A stretch of DNA of 64,000 nucleotides from contig CAZVYZ010000005.1 of the NCBI GenBank assembly GCA_964630695.1, positions 2,487-66,486 of the forward strand, read 5' to 3'. The stretch's first letter is position 1; every line of letters starts with the position of its first letter. Of the stretch, positions 58,756 through 64,000 are shown piece by piece. Below the pieces are notes generated by a model. The model was not told where the DNA came from. It was given only the letters and a program-made list of their open reading frames with translations, and ran no database searches. The stretch is from an uncultured Ruminococcus sp. (GTDB lineage: Bacteria; Bacillota; Clostridia; Oscillospirales; CAG-272). The translations under genes and the position numbers were made by a program.

Positions 58756-60116
58756 AACAAAAACTGACCATCAAAGAGTATATTTATGTAGCGTCCATGC
58801 TGTTCGGACTGTTTTTCGGCGCGGGAAACCTGATTTTTCCGGTTCGGATGGGACAAATGGCAGGGGCGAATGTCCTGCCTGCTATCCTCGGATTCCTGAT
58901 TACGGGCGTCGGTTTGCCGTTGCTCGGCGTAGCGGCGCTCGGAATCAGCCGAAGCGCCGGATTGTATGAACTTTCCGGTAAAGTCGACCGCCGCTACGGG
59001 TTGGTTTTTACCTGTCTTCTGTATCTGACCATCGGTCCGTTTTTTGCCATTCCGCGTTGCGCGACCACCTCGTTTACCGTCGGAATCGAATCCATACTTC
59101 CGGATGGGACAAACCTGCGCCTGTGGCTGTTCCTCTTCTCGGCTTTGTTTTTCGGCGCGGCACTCCTGTTTTCGCTCTTTCCCGGGAAGATTCTGACGTG
59201 GGTCGGTAAGATTCTGAACCCGCTGTTCCTGATTTTTCTCGGTGTGCTGGTCATTGTGGCGCTGACTTCCGCAACTGCGGGAATCTCCACGGTTGCACCC
59301 GAGGGGAACTATGCGCTTCATCCGTTCCCGACCGGCTTTCTGGAGGGATACAACACAATGGACGCGTTGGCAAGTCTTGCGTTCGGTATTGTAGTGGTGC
59401 AGGCAATCCGCAATCTCGGCGTGACCGACGCGGGGGCGGTTGCAGGCTCCACCGTGCGCGCGGGCGTGTTCAGTTGCCTGTTTATGGCGCTGATTTATAT
59501 TGCGGTGACGTTGATTGGTGCGCTGAGTCGCAGTGTGTTCCCGACCGCGGAAAACGGGGGAATTGCATTGGCACAACTTGCGGAATATCACCTCGGGAAA
59601 GCGGGGCTGTTGATTCTCGCAGCCACCGTGACGCTTGCCTGCCTGAAAACTTCGGTCGGGCTGATTACAAGTTGTTCGGAAACGTTTGCGGAACTCTTTC
59701 CGCACGGTCCGAAGTACCGCGTCTGGGCTGTGATTTTCAGTCTTGCTTCATTTCTGTTTGCCAATCTCGGATTGGACCGGATTATTTCCTATTCGGTTCC
59801 GGTGCTGATGTTCCTGTATCCGCTTGCCATTACGCTGATTGTGTTGGCGCTGTTCGGACGTCGGTTCGGAAATGACCGTGAGGTTTATCTGTGGGTTACG
59901 GGACTGACGCTGATTGGCGCGCTGTACGATTTACTTTGCGCCCTGCCGCAGGGAATTCGGTCTTCCCTGCATCTGGACGGCTTTCTCAGCGCGGTGGCGG
60001 ACGTGGTCCCGCTTGCGTCCTTGGGGCTTGCATGGCTGTGTCCGGCATTGATTGGACTGGTAATCGGAATCTGTCGACATTTGATTAAAAAAAGCGCCGA
60101 ACGCACGACGTTGTAA
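58752..60116 (+). CDS. brnQ: Branched-chain amino acid transport system II carrier
   Basis: MLFGLFFGAGNLIFP, IGPFFAIPR, GYNTMDALASLAFG, PVLMFLYP. Confidence 0.95.
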   Translation: MKQKLTIKEYIYVASMLFGLFFGAGNLIFPVRMGQMAGANVLPAILGFLITGVGLPLLGVAALGISRSAGLYELSGKVDRRYGLVFTCLLYLTIGPFFAIPRCATTSFTVGIESILPDGTNLRLWLFLFSALFFGAALLFSLFPGKILTWVGKILNPLFLIFLGVLVIVALTSATAGISTVAPEGNYALHPFPTGFLEGYNTMDALASLAFGIVVVQAIRNLGVTDAGAVAGSTVRAGVFSCLFMALIYIAVTLIGALSRSVFPTAENGGIALAQLAEYHLGKAGLLILAATVTLACLKTSVGLITSCSETFAELFPHGPKYRVWAVIFSLASFLFANLGLDRIISYSVPVLMFLYPLAITLIVLALFGRRFGNDREVYLWVTGLTLIGALYDLLCALPQGIRSSLHLDGFLSAVADVVPLASLGLAWLCPALIGLVIGICRHLIKKSAERTTL

Positions 60117-60133
60117 AAAGAAAGGACAAGCGT

Positions 60134-61627
60134 ATGTACAAACAGGGATTTGATAACGATCTTTATATTTCCACGCAGTCACAGCATATCCGTGAGCGCA
60201 TCGGGCAGTTCGGCGGAAAGTTGTATTTGGAGTTCGGCGGCAAACTGTTCGACGATTTCCATGCGTCCCGCGTTCTTCCGGGGTTTGCACCCGACAGTAA
60301 AATCCGCATGCTGATTCAACTGAAAGAGCAGGCGGAGATTGTAATCGTCATCAACGCAAACGACATCGAAAAAAACAAGGTCCGCGGAGACCTCGGAATC
60401 ACCTATGATTTGGATGTGCTTCGTCTCATTGACGCATTCCGCAATTTCGGGCTGTACGTCGGCAGTGTGGTCCTGACCCGTTGGCAGGAGCAACCCGCCG
60501 CAGAGAAGTTCCGCCGCAGACTGCAATCGCTCGGTGTGAAAGTCTACCGCCACTATACAATCCCGGGGTATCCCTCGGATTTGTCGCGGATTGTCAGCGA
60601 TGAAGGGTTTGGGAAAAACGATTATATCGAAACAGACCGTTCGCTCGTGGTGGTCACCGCCCCCGGCCCCGGGAGCGGAAAAATGGCAACCTGCCTCAGC
60701 CAACTTTACCACGACCATAAGCGCGGGATTCAGGCGGGATATGCCAAATTCGAGACTTTTCCGATTTGGAATCTGCCGCTCAAACATCCCGTCAACCTTG
60801 CCTACGAGGCGGCAACGGCGGACCTGAACGACTTGAACATGATTGACTATTTCCATCTGGAAGCATACGGGACGCCTGCGGTCAATTACAACCGCGACTT
60901 GGAAATTTTCCCTGTTCTGAATGCCATTCTGACGCGAATCAACGGGACCTCGCCCTACAAATCGCCTACCGATATGGGAGTGAACATGGCGGGAACCTGC
61001 ATTTACGACGACGAAGCCGTGCGTGCGGCGGCGAATATGGAAATCATCCGCCGCTACTACAACGCGCTTTGCGAGAACCGCAAGAGCGGGGAAACCAAGC
61101 CGTCGCATGATGTGGAGAAACTCAAACTCATTATGCAGAACGCGGGACTGGACGTGACCGACCGCGCTGTTGCCGTTGAGGCGAACCGCAAGGCAGAGGT
61201 AACGGGTAAGCCCGCAGCGGCAATTGAACTGCCCGACGGCAGAACCGTGACGGGAAAGACCTCCCGTCTGCTCGGCGCGGCGTCGGCGGCGCTTCTGAAC
61301 GCGCTGAAAGTGATGGCAGGAATCGATGACCGGATTGATTTGATTTCCCCCGAGATTCTCGGACCGATTACCGATTTGAAAGTCCACGTTCTCGGTAGCA
61401 AGAATCCGCGCCTGCACACGAATGAGTTGCTGATTGCGCTTTCGGTTTGCGCTGAAAACGACCCGATTGCCGCAAAGGCGCGCGAACAGTTGAAGAATCT
61501 GCGGCATTGCGAGATGCACGCATCGGTCATTCTTGCACAGATTGACGTACATACGCTGAAAAAACTGGGCATCAATCTGACCTGTGAGCCGCTGTACGAA
61601 AGCAAGCGTTTGTATCACGGGTGTTGA
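60134..61627 (+). CDS. DUF1846 (UPF0371) protein
   Basis: KLYLEFGGKLFDDFHASRVLPGF, TAPGPGSGK, YAKFETFP, TDMGVNMAG. Confidence 0.9.
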   Translation: MYKQGFDNDLYISTQSQHIRERIGQFGGKLYLEFGGKLFDDFHASRVLPGFAPDSKIRMLIQLKEQAEIVIVINANDIEKNKVRGDLGITYDLDVLRLIDAFRNFGLYVGSVVLTRWQEQPAAEKFRRRLQSLGVKVYRHYTIPGYPSDLSRIVSDEGFGKNDYIETDRSLVVVTAPGPGSGKMATCLSQLYHDHKRGIQAGYAKFETFPIWNLPLKHPVNLAYEAATADLNDLNMIDYFHLEAYGTPAVNYNRDLEIFPVLNAILTRINGTSPYKSPTDMGVNMAGTCIYDDEAVRAAANMEIIRRYYNALCENRKSGETKPSHDVEKLKLIMQNAGLDVTDRAVAVEANRKAEVTGKPAAAIELPDGRTVTGKTSRLLGAASAALLNALKVMAGIDDRIDLISPEILGPITDLKVHVLGSKNPRLHTNELLIALSVCAENDPIAAKAREQLKNLRHCEMHASVILAQIDVHTLKKLGINLTCEPLYESKRLYHGC

Positions 61628-61648
61628 GTTCCAAAGGAGGAAAACGGT

Positions 61649-62767
61649 ATGGGGACTCTGTTTGATTATGTTGCGTGGCGCGGGGACCTGTCCTTTGAGA
61701 CGGACCCGCTCAACGAGGTGGACAATCTAATTTTTTCACTGATTTCCTATGTGGATTTTGATGGAATCGTCTCGCCGAAACATTCTGCCGACCCCGTCTC
61801 CCTGCAAGCGGCGGCAAACGCGTTTTTCGCGCGGAACCCTGATCTGCGCAAGGTGTCTATCGGGCTGATTATCCCGAAGGACATTATCAAGCTGTTCCGT
61901 GCTCTGCGGGATTGCCGCAGGTTCCGGAGCGTTCGCATGAAAGCCTATACGAACCTGATTGATTTGCAAAAAGAAATGCAGTTCTGTGCGGTCACGTTCT
62001 GTCTGCCGACGGGGGAGACCGTGGTGGCGTATCGCGGAACCGATGACACCATCATCGGCTGGAAGGAGAATTTTAACCTCAGCTTCATGGATGTGATTCC
62101 GTCCCAAAAGGCGGCGGTGCTTTATCTGGATATGGCGGCGAAGTATTCCGAGGGACCGATTTACGTCACGGGACACAGCAAGGGCGGGAACCTTTCGGTT
62201 TACGGTGCGACCTACTGCGGGGATGCGGCAAAATCACGAATCGTTCGGGTCTGGAGCAATGATGGTCCCGGGTTTGCCAACGGGCTTCCCGAAAGTGAGG
62301 CGTACCTCAACATGAAGCCGCGCATCCGGACGCTGATTCCGCAATCCTCGGTGGTTGGGATGCTTCTGGAGCACGACAAGAATCACACGGTTGTCAAAAG
62401 CCGTCAGGCAGGGGTGCTTCAGCACAACGGTCTGACGTGGGAGGTACAGGGGAATCATTTCGTTCACATGAAGAATGTTTCGGGTGAGTGCGTCCGCACC
62501 GACCGCAATCTGCAGGAGTGGATTCGCGGCATGAGCCCCGAACAGCGCGAGCAGTTCAGCGAGGCTATCTATCAGATTCTGTCTGCCGACCACGCGCTGA
62601 CCCTGACGCAACTGATGTCTCCCAAAAACCGTTGGCTTCTCCAGAGCCTGAAACTTGACCCCGAGGTCCGCAAAACCATTCACCGGACTTTGCGCGAACT
62701 CCTCGGCATCAACGCCAAAAACCTCCTCGTCGGACTCGCTCCGAAAGAGGGTAAATCCGAAGAATAA
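61649..62767 (+). CDS. DUF2974 (Mbeg1-like) alpha/beta-hydrolase
   Basis: LFDYVAWRGD, AYRGTDDTIIGWKENF, GHSKGG nucleophile elbow, DGPGF, SVVGMLL. Confidence 0.88.
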   Translation: MGTLFDYVAWRGDLSFETDPLNEVDNLIFSLISYVDFDGIVSPKHSADPVSLQAAANAFFARNPDLRKVSIGLIIPKDIIKLFRALRDCRRFRSVRMKAYTNLIDLQKEMQFCAVTFCLPTGETVVAYRGTDDTIIGWKENFNLSFMDVIPSQKAAVLYLDMAAKYSEGPIYVTGHSKGGNLSVYGATYCGDAAKSRIVRVWSNDGPGFANGLPESEAYLNMKPRIRTLIPQSSVVGMLLEHDKNHTVVKSRQAGVLQHNGLTWEVQGNHFVHMKNVSGECVRTDRNLQEWIRGMSPEQREQFSEAIYQILSADHALTLTQLMSPKNRWLLQSLKLDPEVRKTIHRTLRELLGINAKNLLVGLAPKEGKSEE

Positions 62768-62985
62768 GGTCGCAGGGCGTTGCCCCGCACCCCACTTAAG
62801 AAGCTCCTTAAGCTTCGCTACCGACAGTTGCCTTACAACTGTCATCCCTAAGAACCTTCAAGAATTTCACCACAGGGCGGGATTCCCTACAGAATCCCGC
62901 CCTGTGGTGAAAGTTTTTGGGGTGCATATCAGTTCTCATGGGGCTTCTTTCAAGAAGCCTCCTGAGTGGGGTCCGGACAACGCCT
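62768..62985. repeat. Composite palindromic repeat, copy C
   Basis: Contains oppositely oriented partial matches to copies A/B (cctaagaaccttcaagaa; cttctttcaagaag...gagtgggg) around a 21-bp perfect stem (62865-62885 / 62892-62912). Confidence 0.7.
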
Positions 62986-63003
62986 AATGCCTTTCTCCCA
63001 CTT

Positions 63004-63630
63004 TTAGGCAAGTGCGGCAAGGGTTTGAACGGCGGCAGAGGAGCAAATCAGGTTGCCGTGTTCGCGAAACCAGACACGCAGGTGTGCGGGGTTCATGACC
63101 TCGCCGTATTCGGAGAGAAAGGCGAACTCGCCGGATGCGGAAAAGGGGGACGCGGATACCATGAGCAGAAGCAGATAGTACCTGCCGCAGTCGTCGCGGT
63201 ATGCAGTGCTTTCTCCGATGTAACCTGCGTCGGAAAGTCGGCGGCAGGCGCGCAGCAGATTGTCAAGCCGCTCAAAGCGATACGCACCGTCGCGGCGAAA
63301 AACGGGTACCGTCTGTCGGCCGGCACGAACGGTCAGCGCGCCGCCGTCGCGAGGAGCAGACAGTTTTTTTCGTCCCTCCGTACAGACAGGGATTGTGCTG
63401 ACAAACATTTCGCATCCTCCGCCGCGGGAGGGGAAATACTGAACCGTCAGGTGGCGGTTGTCGGTGTCAAAAGCAATCTGTCTGCGAATATCGGCAAGCA
63501 GCAGACGGAAAGCGTGACCGGTCTGCGCGGTATTGTCGCTTATGGTATCGGGGTCAAAGTCGTATGCGGTCATATCCTCGGCGGTCAGCATGATTTTGAG
63601 TTTCCGGTCGCTGATCCGAATCAGTTCCAT
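63004..63630 (-). CDS. mecA: MecA-family ClpC adaptor protein
   Basis: MELIRISDRKLKIMLT..D, YFPSRGGGCEMFV, YRFERLDNL, FLSEYG. Confidence 0.8.
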   Translation of the reverse strand: MELIRISDRKLKIMLTAEDMTAYDFDPDTISDNTAQTGHAFRLLLADIRRQIAFDTDNRHLTVQYFPSRGGGCEMFVSTIPVCTEGRKKLSAPRDGGALTVRAGRQTVPVFRRDGAYRFERLDNLLRACRRLSDAGYIGESTAYRDDCGRYYLLLLMVSASPFSASGEFAFLSEYGEVMNPAHLRVWFREHGNLICSSAAVQTLAALA

Positions 63631-63794
63631 TTGAATCTCTCCTTTCGGATTCTCTGTACTATCATTATAGCGATTTTACGCCGAAATGGAACCCCTAAAA
63701 ATATGGTAATTTCCGATTTCGGGTGCGGCGGCTTGACAAATCATCGCGCGAATGGTATAATATATGACAGAAACGGGAAAAGGCGGGCGGAAAA

Positions 63795-64000
63795 ATGGAG
63801 AAAAACGAAACAACGCGGGTTATCATGGTGCGGCACGGGGAAAGCCTCGGAAACGCGGAGGGATTTTTTGCCGGACAGACCGACATTCCGCTGACTCCGC
63901 TCGGGCATCTTCAGGCAAAGCGGACGGCGGAATATCTGCGGGACAGAAAAATCGACCGCGTCTATTCCAGCGACCTGATTCGCTCCATGCAGACCGCCGA
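63795..64000 (+). CDS. Histidine phosphatase family protein, 5' part (runs off the window edge)
   Basis: MEKNETTRVIMVRHGES...GQTDIPLTPLG..QA...VYSSDLIRS; promoter TTGACA-N17-TATAAT at 63733-63761. Confidence 0.85.
   Translation, partial: MEKNETTRVIMVRHGESLGNAEGFFAGQTDIPLTPLGHLQAKRTAEYLRDRKIDRVYSSDLIRSMQTA

Overview
Core chromosomal window from a GC-rich, spore-forming Clostridia bacterium (Oscillospiraceae/Ruminococcaceae-like, inferred from gene content and order). Housekeeping content: tsaE (partial), rpmB, mtaB, upp, a RluA-family pseudouridine synthase, lnt, a nine-gene V/A-type ATPase operon with a Na+-type rotor signature, carD, deoD, nadE, mutY, a uracil/xanthine permease, T-box-regulated pheST, brnQ and mecA. 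Sporulation content: a SleC-like cluster, spoIVA, gpr-spoIIP and spoIIIAA-AH. No rRNA, tRNA, CRISPR array, integrase or transposase was recognised. The most unusual items: (1) an open 650-codon but apparently catalytically dead, heavily eroded PurL (FGAM synthase) derivative directly behind mtaB; (2) a stand-alone HprK-like kinase / PqqD-type RRE / S26 peptidase cassette with no visible precursor or cyclase; (3) a c-di-GMP-I riboswitch with a predicted ON-type terminator, upstream of a fragmented surface-protein locus; (4) SleC split into a separate pre-pro-domain gene and a catalytic gene; (5) an orphan OppA-like lipoprotein with a ~200-aa helical insertion; (6) an intact Lnt in a monoderm Firmicute; (7) two families of small non-autonomous repeats, a TTCA-loop palindrome family with compensatory changes and a TA-flanked MITE-like element. 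All family assignments come from motif recognition by eye, not from database searches.
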